NCBI GenBank assembly: GCA_964016885.1 | Contig: OZ024759.1 | Coordinates: 20,336,001 to 20,400,000, forward strand | Length of the DNA stretch: 64,000 bases | Direction of reading: 5' to 3' | Source of the DNA: Eledone cirrhosa | Taxonomy: Eukaryota | In this document: positions 39,567 to 53,202 of the stretch, piece after piece | Numbering within the stretch: position 1 is the first letter of the stretch | Layout of the letters: each line of letters starts with the position of its first letter | Program-made: the position numbers and the translations under genes | Notes under the pieces: model-generated | Told to the model about the DNA's origin: nothing | Database searches by the model: none | What the model saw: only the letters and a program-made list of their open reading frames with translations

Positions 39567-39610
<44 letters not shown>

Positions 39611-39761
39611 TATATATATGAATATATATATGAATATATCATCATCATCATCCTCATCATCATTTTACGTCTGCTTTTCCCTGCTTGCAAGGGTGGGACA
39701 TATATATATATATATGAATGTATATATATTTATATGAATGTATGTATATGCATATACACAT

Positions 39762-39799
<38 letters not shown>

Positions 39800-40082
39800 A
39801 CACATACACACATTACTATCTCCATGCCAGATCATGAGACACTCAAACCCTTCCATTATCACCACCTCCATCATCATCATCTTCAAATACTTCACACATC
39901 AACCACCACCTACCCCACTCTATCCATGACCACACCTACAGAACCTCAACCCTTCTGATACCAACCCACCTAAAACGAAGGGCTGTGGTTTTATCATGCA
40001 AAACTGCCCATTTTAATTAAATAGTGGAAATGGTGTTGGTGAAAGGATTGCCTTATTCCTGGATTAACTCTTAACATCCTGT

Positions 40083-40918
40083 ACCACATGAGACCACATT
40101 AACAAGACATTCTTGAAAAGTACAAAACAGTACTGTGACCACATCACATTAAAAGTTAGTCTTTACTCTAATATTGCAAATTTTCACAACAATTTATCCA
40201 GTAGTAAAGTTGCTATAAGCATTTGAGTTAACAAACCGCATGAAACCACATTAGCAAGACATTCTTGTAAAGTACAAAACAGTAATATGACTACATTACA
40301 TTAAAAATAAGTCTTTGATCTTGTTAACCAAATATTTTCACAACTATCTGTCCTCTAATAAAGATACTATAAATATTTGAATTAGCAAACTATACAAAAT
40401 CACATTAAAAATACATTTTTTGAAAATTACAAAACACCACTATGACTGCATCCCATTAAAATTACCACTATGACTGCATCATGTTAAAATCACCACTACA
40501 ACTGCATCCCATTAAAATTACCACTACAACTGCATCCCATTAAAATTACCACTACAACTGCATCCCATTAAAATTACCACTATGACTGCATTACATTAGA
40601 ATTACCACTATGACTGCATTACATTAGAATTACCACTATGACTGCATTACATTAGAATTACCACTATGACTGCATTCCATTAAAATTACCACCACAATAG
40701 CACCCCATTAAAATTACCAATATGACTGTATTCCATTAAAATTACCACAACAACAGCATCCCATTAAAATTACCAATATGACTGCATCCCATTAAAATTA
40801 CCAATATGACTGCATCCCATTAAAATTACCACTATGACTGCATTACATTGAAATTACCACTACGACTGCATGTTAAAATTACCAATATGACTGCATTACA
40901 TTAAACATTAGTCTCTAT
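40083..40918. repeat. Three ~152-bp units, the third containing ~16 copies of a 28-bp subunit (CCCATTAAAATTACCACTATGACTGCAT)
   Basis: Units start near 40083, 40236 and 40390; 28-bp array 40435-40905. Confidence 0.85.
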
Positions 40919-41855
40919 TTAGTTAAGTGAATGAGGTCTTGGATCTTGATCGATTTGATTGAAGGTGTGATTCCCGTCTGCCATCATCACATGCTGACTG
41001 TTGACTTGTTGCCTGACAAAGCTAAATGATTTGTGCTCTGTTTATGAGATGCATGCGTTGTAGCTTTCTGAAACTTTTACGTTCAAATACCTAGATACTT
41101 CATTCCATTTTAGATAAATATGGAGGGTGTGAGGAAGTTGATCAACAAGATCCCAGACTTCATTTGTTTACCGAGTGAGCTAGACCTTATCAAATCTGAC
41201 CAAAGAAATAATATTGTCATTGGTCTTTTCCTTGCTGATACTATCTACCGGTTGCAACTGCTGACAGAAAGCTCAAGGATATAATGCATAGCCCAGTCTG
41301 TGAATTGAATTTGCAACCTTGCGATTGTGAACCCAGTTCTCTAACCACTAAACCATGTTCCTTCGCAGATAAATATAAACACTTTAAAGTTATGCAATTT
41401 TATATTGTATTTTATATTGTAGAACCAGGGGTGCAGTGTCAGGCAAGTTTGGTATCAAAAGGGTTTATATGGCACTCTTCAAGAGCCATTATTATCATCA
41501 TCATCATCATCATCATCATCAAACTCTTTCCTCCCCAACCAATAACCCCCCCCCCCCCCCATTACTCTCTCCCCAAATACAGGAAACTTAATGTAATATT
41601 TGAGGTTTGCCATCGTCATCATCTTCATCATAATCACAAAATTCTTCACGTGACAATTGGATTTCGACGAAAAATCTCTCACTTCATCATTTCCTAAGAG
41701 ATTTTTTCCTGTTTGAGAGGGAAACGAAAAATGGACAAACACTGACAAATGCACTGAAATGATTGCAAAGTAAAGCTGTAAATATATTCACTACTACCCA
41801 TCTCAAAACACACAGACATACACACACATACACACATACACACACACACACATAT

Positions 41856-41919
<64 letters not shown>

Positions 41920-42069
41920 ACATACACACACATACACACACACACACACACATACATACACACACACACATACACACACGCACACACACGCACACACATG
42001 CACACATACACACACACACACATATACACACACGCACACACATACACACACACATACACACACACACAC

Positions 42070-42115
<46 letters not shown>

Positions 42116-42143
42116 ACACATACACACACATACACACACATAC

Positions 42144-42174
<31 letters not shown>

Positions 42175-42205
42175 TATACACATACACATACACACACACA
42201 TACAC

Positions 42206-42260
<55 letters not shown>

Positions 42261-42492
42261 CACACAAGACACAACCATTGCTACTACCCCCTCTACACAC
42301 TATAATGGCACATATATGTACACAGTTTCTGTCTGTCTCTCTCTCTCTATATATATATTACATATATGCATTTATATACACTCGTGTGAGTGTATATATA
42401 TGTATATTTGTGGTAAAAGCTCTTAATGATGAAGAAAGATGTAATGTGTGATTTTCATGTTGATTTCGATGGTGATGGTGTTAATGGAAGGC

Positions 42493-42528
<36 letters not shown>

Positions 42529-42607
42529 AATGGTGTACTTAATAAATTATACATCTTTACAATTGTATCATCAGAGTATATCAATATATTATATATATAT
42601 ATTTGTA

Positions 42608-42647
<40 letters not shown>

Positions 42648-42714
42648 TATATGTATATAAATATAAATAATTATAGTCATCACTGTTTAGTGTCTATTTT
42701 CCATACTTCCATGG

Positions 42715-42759
<45 letters not shown>

Positions 42760-42763
<4 letters not shown>

Positions 42764-43214
42764 TGGCTGCCAACTCGTTTTCGAGTACGGCCACTACTTT
42801 ATATCCATGTAGGAGAACCCCTACCGATGCGCTGAACGAGTGTGACTTTTGAGTCCAGCGAGCGACTTGATAACTCTGGTACAAACACTACACTTGTGAC
42901 AATTATTGACACATAGTGCTGGGCCCATGGTACCATGTGACAAGTGCAGAGAGATCTCCAGATATAAAGCAATGCCTGTGCCATGAAGCTTTTATAGTGA
43001 GCAAAGGCATTGCACAGAGCCAGTCCCACTCTCTTAACCAAGATGATATTTACCAAAAAGTAGAACAAGTCAACATCATTGGATACCATCAGGGTTGCAG
43101 GTGTTATATCAGAGTTTTCCTTCTCCTAGAATTCTGCCTTGACAAAGGCTAAGGGGTCATCTCTCCCGGTGATTTTGGATGGCCATTGACTCTTAAGAGC
43201 TCCTTTGCCCTTTG
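42760..43214 (-). mobile_element. Truncated copy of family R
   Basis: Near-identical to 13729-14186; abuts (TA)n. Confidence 0.8.
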
Positions 43215-43429
43215 TATATGTATATATATATACACACACACACATTTACACACTCACACACACATTTACACACTCACACACACATAATCGTTAGATGTGT
43301 ATTTAATGAATTATATATACCTACAATCCTATGATCATAAGTACATTTATGTAGGTTATGTAAATGTATGTTTGTGTGTGAATATGCATACACATCATTG
43401 TACTTACATATAAACCATGCATTCTCATA

Positions 43430-44000
43430 ATGAATGCACACATATACACATACATACACACACACCTGTATACATATGCACATACATTCACATGCATACA
43501 TATACAAATATTCATACACACACATGCATACATATACACATATACATATGCACACATGGACATGCATACATATACACATACATACACACACACCTGTATA
43601 CATATGCACATCCATTCACATGCATACATATACAAATATTCATACACACACATACATACATATACACATATACATATGCACACATGGACATGCATACATA
43701 TACACATACACACCTGTATACATATGCACATACATTCACATGCATACATATACAAATATTCATACACACACATGCATACATATACACATATACATATGCA
43801 CACATGGACATGCATACATATACACATATACACATACATACACACACACACCTGTATACATATGCACATACATTCACATGCATACATATACAAATATTCA
43901 TACACACACATGCATACATATACACATATACATATGCACACACGGACATGCATACATATACACATATACACACATACACACAAACATACACATATATACA
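43430..44000. repeat. ~120-135 bp higher-order repeat built of CA/TA microsatellite
   Basis: CACCTGTATACATATGCAC recurs at about 43463, 43591, 43711 and 43849. Confidence 0.85.
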
Positions 44001-44004
44001 TACT

Positions 44005-44215
44005 AGAGATGGAGGATATCTAAAGATCACTGATGATGAATTTGCAGATCCAATACCAATTATTAGTTTGGGAACAAAAGGATATATACCAACCAGCCTG
44101 GATCAAATATGACTGAATGTGGGGTCTTGGAGAAAGAACACAGCTCCTTAATTCATAAACTACAAATAGCCATGATATCTAGAAGCTTAAGATCTGTAAA
44201 ACTTTTGTAAAACGA
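44005..44215 (+). mobile_element. Possible C-terminus of a restriction-like-endonuclease (R4/NeSL-type) LINE
   Basis: IPII..GTKGYIPTSL...LIHKLQIAMIS...LKICKTF across frameshifts resembles the REL C-terminal pattern. Confidence 0.4.
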
Positions 44216-44298
44216 TTGCACAAGGGACAATGGAAATTTCTTTTTCTTTACAACCTTGTCGAGTATGGCCATTGCATGATATAACATTATTAATTAAT

Positions 44299-44487
44299 TG
44301 TTTCTACTTTTGGCACAAGGCCAGCAATTATCTCAGTGCATTACTGGTACTTTATTTTATCGACCCCGTAAGGATGAAAGGCAAAGTTAACATCGGCGGG
44401 ATTTGAACTCAGAATGGCAAGGGCCGTAACTCTATGCATCAAAGCATGGCGTCCAACCCTCTACCGATACTGCCAATTCACCGCTCC
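44299..44487 (-). mobile_element. Full-length Meta-like SINE with 19-bp TSD
   Basis: TATAACATTATTAATTAAT at 44280-44298 and 44488-44506. Confidence 0.9.
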
Positions 44488-45409
44488 TATAACATTATTA
44501 ATTAATACTATCGTGCGATGCCTGTGCATGAAGATTTCATTTTAAAGTGAGGAAAGACTGTGCACTGAGCCAATCCCACTCTCTGAGCGACAGTAGCTAT
44601 AACCCGAAAAGAAGAAAAGATCAACATCATCGGTAACTACTGAGACGCAGTTTTTATATTGGAGTTATCCCAGTTTCCTTCTCCTTGAAGAATGCCCTGA
44701 CAAGGAATAGGGGCCTTCACTCCCAGGGGTTTAAACCATGATCGGGTATCCAGCCCAATTATTTCTATGTCCTCGCGCATATACATACACATGTATACAC
44801 ATATATACACATATTTTGGATGGCCGTTGACTCTTATGAGTTCTTCTGCCCTATACACACATATACACACGCACGCATACATACATACATACATACATAC
44901 ATAGCACAGAATAGAGTTGGAGTGACAAGATCCCAGACCACATTCATTTGCTGAGTGGAGGTGCAACTCATTAAATCAGATCAGGGAAATAATGTTTCCA
45001 TTGATCTTTCCATTGCTGATACTATCTGCTGTGGCTTAGTGATAATATTGGTACCTTCTTCAGTAAACCACAATTCTACTGAACCAGCTAATATATATAT
45101 ATATATATATTAATATTTTAATAAATATTTGCTCTACGGTTCTTATATATTTGATATATATTTTCCTTATCGAGCCCTCTTTGGATTTTAGTCTTCAATT
45201 TTATTATTATTACTATATATATATATATATATTTGGCAAAGTTAAAAATATAACTTCTATTTGTATGTAGAACACTTTATATGAGAGTATGTGATTGTCA
45301 AATAGTTTTGATACAATTGTAAAGCATTAAATGAGATAAGATCTCTTTGATATTATTCTCTTTGTGTGTGTGTGTGTGTATATATATATAGAGGAAAATG
45401 AGAAGTTGT

Positions 45410-45447
<38 letters not shown>

Positions 45448-46049
45448 GTGCGTATATGTGTGCATATGTATGTATGTGTGTATATATATATATATGTTTG
45501 TATGTACATATGTATGTATATATATATATATATGTATGTATGTATATATATTTAAGTATACTGTAAAGTTATGTTGGTATCGTAACAAAAAAGGCATTCA
45601 GCCACACTGCAAAGTGGTTGTATAGGAAGTTAGGACAAAAAGCACCCAGCACATACTGTAAATGTGGTTGGTGTTAGGAAGGGCATCCATCCATAGAAAC
45701 CTAGCCAGAAACAGTTCTATATGAGCAAGGCACGGTTACCTGACCAGATTTGCCTCTAATGGGACAACCTATGTAACCCATGCTAGTGTGGAAAATGAAC
45801 ATTAATTGATGATATATATATATAAAAATAGATATGTATGTATATATGCATGTTTACATATATTTATATATACATAGTCATACATACATTCATACAAAGA
45901 TATAGTTGTATGTAAGTATATATATATATATATATATATACATTTGTATACATATGCCTATATATGCATGTATATATATGTGTGTGTGTATATATATATT
46001 ATGTGTATATATATATATATATAATATCACAAGAATGAATTTAAAACAT

Positions 46050-46080
<31 letters not shown>

Positions 46081-47246
46081 CACACACGCATATATTTTGG
46101 GGGACTACTAAGTACCAACCGGAAATGTCAGACATATCTCATTAACTGAGGTACAAATCACCAGTGAATCCACCCGGTTATTGCCAACATTTCTCTACCC
46201 TCTCCCTCAACACCTCCACCCTTCAGTCCACATAACAAACTCCCTACTGATTTAATAACTTAGCTCGCCAGCCATCCAGCCATCCCACTCCTTTACCCCT
46301 CTCTCATCACACAGCCACCAACTCTCATCCCACCGCTTCAACCCTCTCACCACACACCCACCAACTCTATTTACAGAGCTATGTTATTGCTATTTACAAA
46401 AAGATTTGGGACACCCCTTTGTTTGTAGGGTGTTTAGTGGGGGTGGAGGATCATCTTACACTAACCCTCAGGTCCTTAAGTGTGAAAATGCTATATAAGG
46501 GTGCTGCTTATATATTAAGTTGTTTTATTGTTCAACCTTTCCTTACTATATTTCTAATGAAAAACACTCCTTATTATTTTCTAATCATTTAGAAAATAAA
46601 CATGAATTTCGAAGGATTTACTCATAATTTACCTGGTGTTTGGGAAATAACTTAACAATGGTTCTTATATAAAATTATATGGAAGTCTTTTAGATAAATA
46701 TAAACACTTTAACCCTTGCATCACCATATTTTTAATGAAAGTCGCACTCTATAATTTTCAAATGGAATTGGAAATAAACAAGGGATTTAGTACTATACAA
46801 GAAACTTTCTCACATTTAACCCCAGTACTGGTACTTTATTTTATCGACCCCATAAGGATGAAAGGCAAAGTGAACCTCGGCGGGAACTGAATTAAATAAT
46901 GTTAATTATTCTGACACTATAACGACTTTGCCAATTCATTTTCAACTTAATAATATCATCATTATTTAATGTCTGTTTTGTTTGTGAGCAAGGGAATTAT
47001 TTTAATAATCTTTGCAAATTGTTAATTATTTTCAAAATTAATTAAAAACATATTGATAGTGAATTTTGTCAGAAATAATAGAGGTGCCACAAAAAAATGC
47101 ACCCAGCCCAACATATAAACGGTAGTGCTGGTGCCATGATAAAACACACCCAGTGTGAATTGTAAAGGGGTAGTGCTGGTGACACAATAAAAAGCACCTA
47201 CTCCACCCTGTAAGGTGGTAGTGCTGGTGTCAATAAAAAAGAACCC

Positions 47247-47522
47247 AGACATGAAGAGCTAACTGGCAACAGATATCTTGACTGGTCCAACTGAATGTTC
47301 AATGCATCTGTGTATCCATCAGCAGCTTGCCAGTGGGGTTCACCAGAGTTGACTGCTGAACATATATACTAAATCAATGCCTAGATTTTATATGTTCAGC
47401 AGTCAACTCTGGTGAACCCCACTGGCAAGCTGCTGATGGATACAGCCCCCAATTGTACACAGATGCATTGAACATTCAGTTGGACCAGTTGAGATATGTT
47501 GCCAGCTCGCTCTCCATGTCTG
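47247..47522. repeat. Long complex-sequence inverted repeat (~120/134-bp arms, ~20-nt loop)
   Basis: 47247-47368 versus 47389-47522; inner ~55 bp identical, one 15-bp indel. Confidence 0.9.
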
Positions 47523-47605
47523 AAGCATGTTGAAATCTGAATTTCGCAGCTTGGCTGTATAACGAGAAAAAGGGTGGCATGACATCAAGTGATGTTGGTC
47601 TAATA

Positions 47606-47965
47606 TAGCGGTTCACAAACTTTTTTTTACTCGCAGTGCATTTTTGAAAGAGTAAAAATATGCTACCGCACTTTGTCCTATAAAGTCGAAAATTTATTCA
47701 AGAGTGTTTTATGCTCCACTCTAAATGAGGTTGGTGTTAGAAAGGGCATCCAGTTATAGAAACCAAACTAGAATCAGTTCTGTACTGTATGAGCAAGACA
47801 TGGTCACCTGACCTGGCATTGCCTACAACAGGACAACATGTATAACCCATGCTAGCGTGGAAGAATGGATGTAAAACGGTTTGTAAGTTTCAAATCTTAA
47901 AACTCAATATTAGTCTCTTGCGACGCATCTAGTTACATCTTGCAGTAACAGTTTGGGAACCAATG
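47606..47965. mobile_element. hAT/Charlie-like MITE with an inserted SINE 3' part (47715-47880)
   Basis: TAGCGGTTCACAAAC ... GTTTGGGAACCAATG TIRs (CAGTGGTTCCCAAAC type). Confidence 0.6.
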
Positions 47966-48060
47966 ATTTAGTAGTTGAGAATCCTCAGTCATATCCTGGA
48001 GCATATGACCTTTACCTATTGAGGGACTTGGTTACCAACCTATAATAATAATGATGGTCA

Positions 48061-48345
48061 TTAACCCCTTAGAATTTACATCCTCTTTTATTTACTATTA
48101 TATTTTCATGGTAAACACTTTATCTCACATAAATATCTCACATAATATTGAATAAGATTTTTGGCAGTAACAGTAGAGGGTTGGACATGCTTTCTAGCAT
48201 AGTTACGTCCCTTTACGGGGTCGATAAAATTAAGTACCAGCAATGTACTGAGTAATTGCTGGCCTTGTGCCAAAAGTAGAAACAATTATTTATTTTGAGA
48301 ACAATACCTTAACATCAGTATCAGAAGCTGGTTACAGCCGGTTTG
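48061..48345. mobile_element. MITE family A (opposite orientation) carrying the SINE at the same site as 1355-1764
   Basis: Junction AAACAATTATTTATTTTGAGAACAATA is the reverse complement of 1452-1478. Confidence 0.75.
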
Positions 48346-48849
48346 ATTGATGATGGTGATGATGATGATGGTTGTGATGGTCGTCATGATGGTGATGATG
48401 ATCACGAAAGGGTTAAATAATAGCTTATACAATATGAATCAAATAGGAAATTCTATCTGACGTTTATTTTCATTGTATGTCTCAGTGGGTTTCTAGTAAA
48501 TTCGGTCAATTAACACGCTGCTCCTGCTGCTGCTGCTATAATTAGTCTACTTTATGAATTAAACAAATTCTCCTGCACCCAACTCCTCCAAAATAAACAC
48601 ACACACCAACCGTGACCGACAACAACAACAACAACAACCAATTTACTACTGATGTCATCTGTCACAATTACGTGACATTGTCAGTCTATATAGGTGAGAT
48701 CTACGTAGACTGTGTCAACATACCCAACACGTTTCATATTGTATTGTGTACTTAGTTAATCCATATACACCTACACACTGTATCTATGTCTCCGCACTTA
48801 TACTTACATCTGTCTACATCTGTCAATCTGTTTAGTTATCTATCCATTT

Positions 48850-48995
48850 GTGGCGCCTGCCCCCTATTGGGGATTTCGATTGTTAAATTTGTTTCAATAT
48901 TTTTACACGATTGTATGTAAAATCCCCGGCATGTGTCTTTGTTTTGTCCCCTTTTCTTGTGCGCCCTTGTGGCAAATAAAGAAATCTATCTATTT
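48850..48995 (+). mobile_element. L1/Tx1 3' UTR fragment in (TCTA)n
   Basis: TTGTCCCCTT..TTGTG.CCC.TGTGGC.AATAAAGAAA followed by TCTATC, as at 53700-53750. Confidence 0.6.
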
Positions 48996-49034
48996 GTGTC
49001 TGTCTGTTTGGCTATCTATTTATCTATCTGTCTA

Positions 49035-49220
49035 AGGGCAGTGGTTTGGCAGTATCGGTAGAGCGCCAGACACCATGTTTTGCAGCATAGTTATGGTCCT
49101 TTGCGTTCTGAGTTCAAATCCGCCGAGGTTAACTTTGCCTTTCATCCTTACGAGCTCGATAAAATAATATACCAGTGGTGCACTGGGGTAATCGCTGGCC
49201 TTGTGCCAAAAGTAGAAACT
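49035..49220 (+). mobile_element. Meta-like SINE
   Basis: Matches 21895-22083. Confidence 0.85.
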
Positions 49221-49718
49221 CTATTTATCTATCTGTCTGCCCGTCTGCTATCTATTTATCTATCTATCTGTCTGCTATTTATCTCTAATCTATCTATCTA
49301 CTCTTCTATCTGTATATCTGCTATCTATCTATCTGTATATCTGCTATCTATCTATCTATCTGTATATCTAATATCTATCTAGCTGTATATCTAATATCTA
49401 TCTATCTTTATATATATGCTATCTATCTACCCGTCTGCCTATCTACCCACCCATCTGCCTCTCTACCCACCCATATTTCTACTGCCTTGTACCGGCTTTT
49501 TGATGTATAATATATGTATGTATATATATATATATACATGTATATATATATATATACATGTATATATAAATATATGTATATATATATGATATAGTTATAA
49601 TTATGATCTTAATGGGAGTAATTATACTAATTTACTGGGTGTTTTTTTTAGCTCAATGCAATGAGAGTCACACAGAGCTGTTATACATTAATAGTCTAAA
49701 TAAAACCAAACAGTTAAG

Positions 49719-49832
49719 GCATTTATACACTTACAATTGTTTCTACCAGTATTGAGCCACGTCTAGAGTTACTTTGTTTAGTAACTCATGATTAGTGCTC
49801 TACACAGGTGTCTTCAGAGTTTATTAAAATGC
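49719..49832 (-). ncRNA. Hammerhead ribozyme motif with long stem II (family H4), left arm of an inverted repeat
   Basis: Minus strand: GCATTTTAATAAACT-CTGAAGA-(long insert containing a GAGTTACT/AGTAACTC hairpin)-GAAA-CAATTG-TA-AGTGTATAAATGC. Confidence 0.6.
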
Positions 49833-49868
49833 TTCTGTAGTCAGTACAAACATATTTAGAATATATAA

Positions 49869-50084
49869 GACAGTTGATCGACTTTTGTCAAATCGGACCA
49901 AGGAAACAATGTTTCCATTGGTCTTTCCAATTGCAAATACTATCAATCGGTCGCAACTCCATATAGGAGCAGCATGAAATAAAGTGTCTTGCTCAAGGAC
50001 ATAATGCATCATCTGGTCCGGGCATTGAACTCACGATCTCACAATTGCGAATCCAATTCTCTAACCGCTCAGCCATGCCCCTTC
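49869..50084 (-). mobile_element. CORE-type SINE with 19-bp TSD, inserted in the H4 arm
   Basis: ACATATTTAGAA(T/C)ATATAA at 49850-49868 and 50085-50103. Confidence 0.85.
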
Positions 50085-50482
50085 ACATATTTAGAACATA
50101 TAACCTAAAATCACTCAAGATATCGTGGTAAAAAATGCAAAAATTAAGATCCAAAAAAACATTAACCCTTTAGTATTTACATTATTCTATATATACATCT
50201 CAATAGTAAATGTATACATGTACATTTATAAAATGTATTACTTGGAAATATTTTCAAATTCTCAAATAAATGTGAACATTGCATTACTGAAACTGTACAT
50301 TTATAGATCTATTATTGAAAAATTATTAACAATCATAAGCACTGTTTGAACTATTGACTTTAGTCTTTTCAAATAACAATATCTCTAATACAGTTCTTTA
50401 CCCATCATATCCTAACCATGCACATTTATGTATATTTCCCTCACAAATACTAACCATATACTTTAACATATATATATATATA

Positions 50483-51207
50483 TGAGGGGGCTTCAAAAAG
50501 TTAATGGAAAAAGGTGAGTTGGAAAAAAAGGTTTAAATTATGATGTTAATTTTTCAACATATGCTCCATCTAGGTCAATACACTTCTGCAAGCGTTAATA
50601 ACGACCTTTAAGTCCATTTGTGTAAAAATGAGGGCCATGCGATTTAAGCCATGTTAATAATAATAATAATGAAATTATTGTGTAAAGTGCTCAGGTGCAC
50701 TACAACTCGTCAATATAGTACATAGAATAATACACAAATGCCAGGGAAGTACATGTTTGTATGTGTTAGCTGTAGTGTTGGCGGATCTCGGGAAGCATGG
50801 AGGCCTTAAAGGATGCAGTGTCTCGACAGATTTTCTTTAAATCTTCAACTAGGGATCACATTCAGCCTCATCAGCCTCATCTCTTCCATTTCTAAAATGA
50901 CTTATCCGTTTGAGGTTGTTGATTTCTCTGGGGGCACTGTCCCCATAAACTTGCTCCAGAGCATCAATGATTTGACTGCTCCTCCCCCTAACTTCACCAT
51001 GAATTTGATGTTTTGGCGGAGACCATGTTGTTCGAGTGGGTACTGACTTCCAACTGGCGCCGCCGTGTTGCAACATGCATCTAATGGCTCATATTAGAAC
51101 ATGTTATGGCATGTTAGTATGAGAACGTACAGGTGCATTGAGATCAAAATCCCTGCATATAATTTTTAGCTATGTACTTTTTCCACAAACATTTTGAAGC
51201 CCCCTCG
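50483..51207 (-). mobile_element. Internally deleted Hsmar2-like (irritans) mariner with a LINE 3' fragment inserted at 50656-50830
   Basis: TIRs YGAGGGGGCTTCAAAA.GTT..TGGAAAA, TA/TG flanks; N-terminus NIKFMVKLG...IIDALEQVYGDSAP...FRNGRDE and C-terminus TWLKSHGPHFYTNGL..RLQKCIDLDGAYVE match the Hsmar2 transposase as recalled. Confidence 0.85.
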
Positions 51208-51345
51208 TGTATATATATATATCTTGCTCATTGCCTTATTTGAGCTGATATTTGGATCTTAATTTTTGCACTTTTTACCATTATATCTTATTGAGTGATT
51301 TTACATCTTATATATTCTAAATATTGCATTGTGTTGACTACAGAA

Positions 51346-51460
51346 GCATTTTAATAAACTCTGAAGACACCTGTGTTGAACACTAATCGTGAGTTACTAA
51401 GCAAAACAACTTCCTATACATGACTCATACAAATAGAAACAATTGTTAGTGTATAAATGC
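51346..51460 (+). ncRNA. Hammerhead ribozyme motif (family H4), right arm
   Basis: GCATTTTAATAAACT-CTGAAGA...GAAA-CAATTG-TT-AGTGTATAAATGC. Confidence 0.55.
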
Positions 51461-51500
51461 CTCAACTCTTTTTTATTTAGACTATTAATGTGTGTGTGTG

Positions 51501-51698
51501 TCATCATCATCATCATCATCATTTCATTTTACGTCCACTTTTCCCTGCTTGCAAGGGTGGGACGGGAACTGATTCTGGCTTGATTTCTACAGCTGGATGC
51601 CCTTCCTAACACCAACCTCATTTACAGTGAGTGGTGGGTGCTTTTTTGCCGTGGCACCTCCACGACCACTTTGCAGTGGTCGTGGAGGTGCCACGGCA
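51501..51698 (-). mobile_element. 5'-truncated (GAT)n SINE ending in a perfect 24-bp fold-back
   Basis: Arms 51647-51670 and 51675-51698. Confidence 0.8.
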
Positions 51699-51809
51699 TA
51701 TATATATGTATATACACACACACCCAGTATATACAGTCACCATCTATACACACTTTCTCTCTTTATATATATATATCATCATCATCGTTTTTATGTCCAC
51801 TTTTCCATG

Positions 51810-51854
<45 letters not shown>

Positions 51855-52436
51855 GCACACTGAGTGTCTAGTAAACATCTACATACTGTATCCAGGCCTT
51901 GCAAGACGGTACAAGACACCTTTGGGGCCCGAAACATGCAAAGAATTTTCTCAAAATGGATGTTGCATGGTTGCTGTGGGGCCTTCTTAGATCTTGGGCT
52001 CTGGAACAAAGTACCAGCTGGGCCCTCACCCCCTTCATAGGCAATGACAGTATCTATCTATCTATATATCCAGTCATCATCTACACACTTTATAAACCCA
52101 GTATATCCAGTCAACATCGACACACTGTATAGCAAGTATATTTCTACCTGGTTCTCTAACAGACATTCTGATATATAAAGTCTGGGCATCTTATGTTATT
52201 GATACCACATGGTATCTTCAGCAGACATCGTGTGTGTATGTGTATGCTTGTGTGTATGTAGGTGTGTGTATGTGTATGCATGTATGTGTGTAAGACATTT
52301 GTATTTATTTATTTATTTATTTATTTATTTATTTGTTTGTATGTATGTATGTGTTTGTGTCTATGCATGTATGTGTTCATGTGTGTATGTGTGTACAGCA
52401 TTAATGTATATGGCATGCTTGTGTGGCTGTGTAAGA

Positions 52437-52900
52437 CATCATCATGAACACAATCACCACCACTACCACCCTAACCACTACCATCACCATCATCACCACC
52501 ACTACCACCCTAACCACTACCATCACCACCATCACCACCTTGACCATAACCATCATCACCACTACCATCATCACCATCACTACCACCACCACCACCACCA
52601 TCACCACCGCCCTGATCACTACCATCACCATCATCATCACCACCACCTTGATCACTACCATCACCATCATCATCACCACCACCACCACCATCACTACCAC
52701 CACCATTACTACCACCACCATCACCACCACCACCTTGACCACTACCATCACCACCACCCTGATCACTACTACCACCACCACCACCACCATCATCACCACC
52801 ACCACCATCATCACCACCACCACCATCACCTCTACCATCACCACAACCCTGATCACTACCACCACCAGCATTACCACCACCACCACCACCACCATCATAT
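52437..52900. repeat. (CAC/CAT)n array
   Basis: Direct reading. Confidence 0.9.
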
Positions 52901-53202
52901 ACCTGATCTACCAAGCTGGCATGGGTTAGACAGACATTGTTTTGTTTATTATATTTTGTGATGTTTTTATTTTTCTTGTTGAAAAACTATATTGGATTTG
53001 ATCTTTTCCAGATGATTTCGGTCTCTCCTCCTCCTCCATTGACTCTATCTCCATCTATCTACCATTACCCCTTCTCTATCTATGCCTATCTATGCCTATC
53101 TATCAATATGTCTGTCTATCTATCTATATTACCCTTTATTTATCTATCTTTCCATCCATCTATCTATATCTATCATTACCCCTTCTCTATTTATCTATCT
53201 AT

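Noticed and set aside
41600-41708. Possible minus-strand exon after TTTCCCTCTCAAACAG
   Set aside because: The acceptor looks good, but the donor is ambiguous and the peptide unrecognisable; insufficient support.
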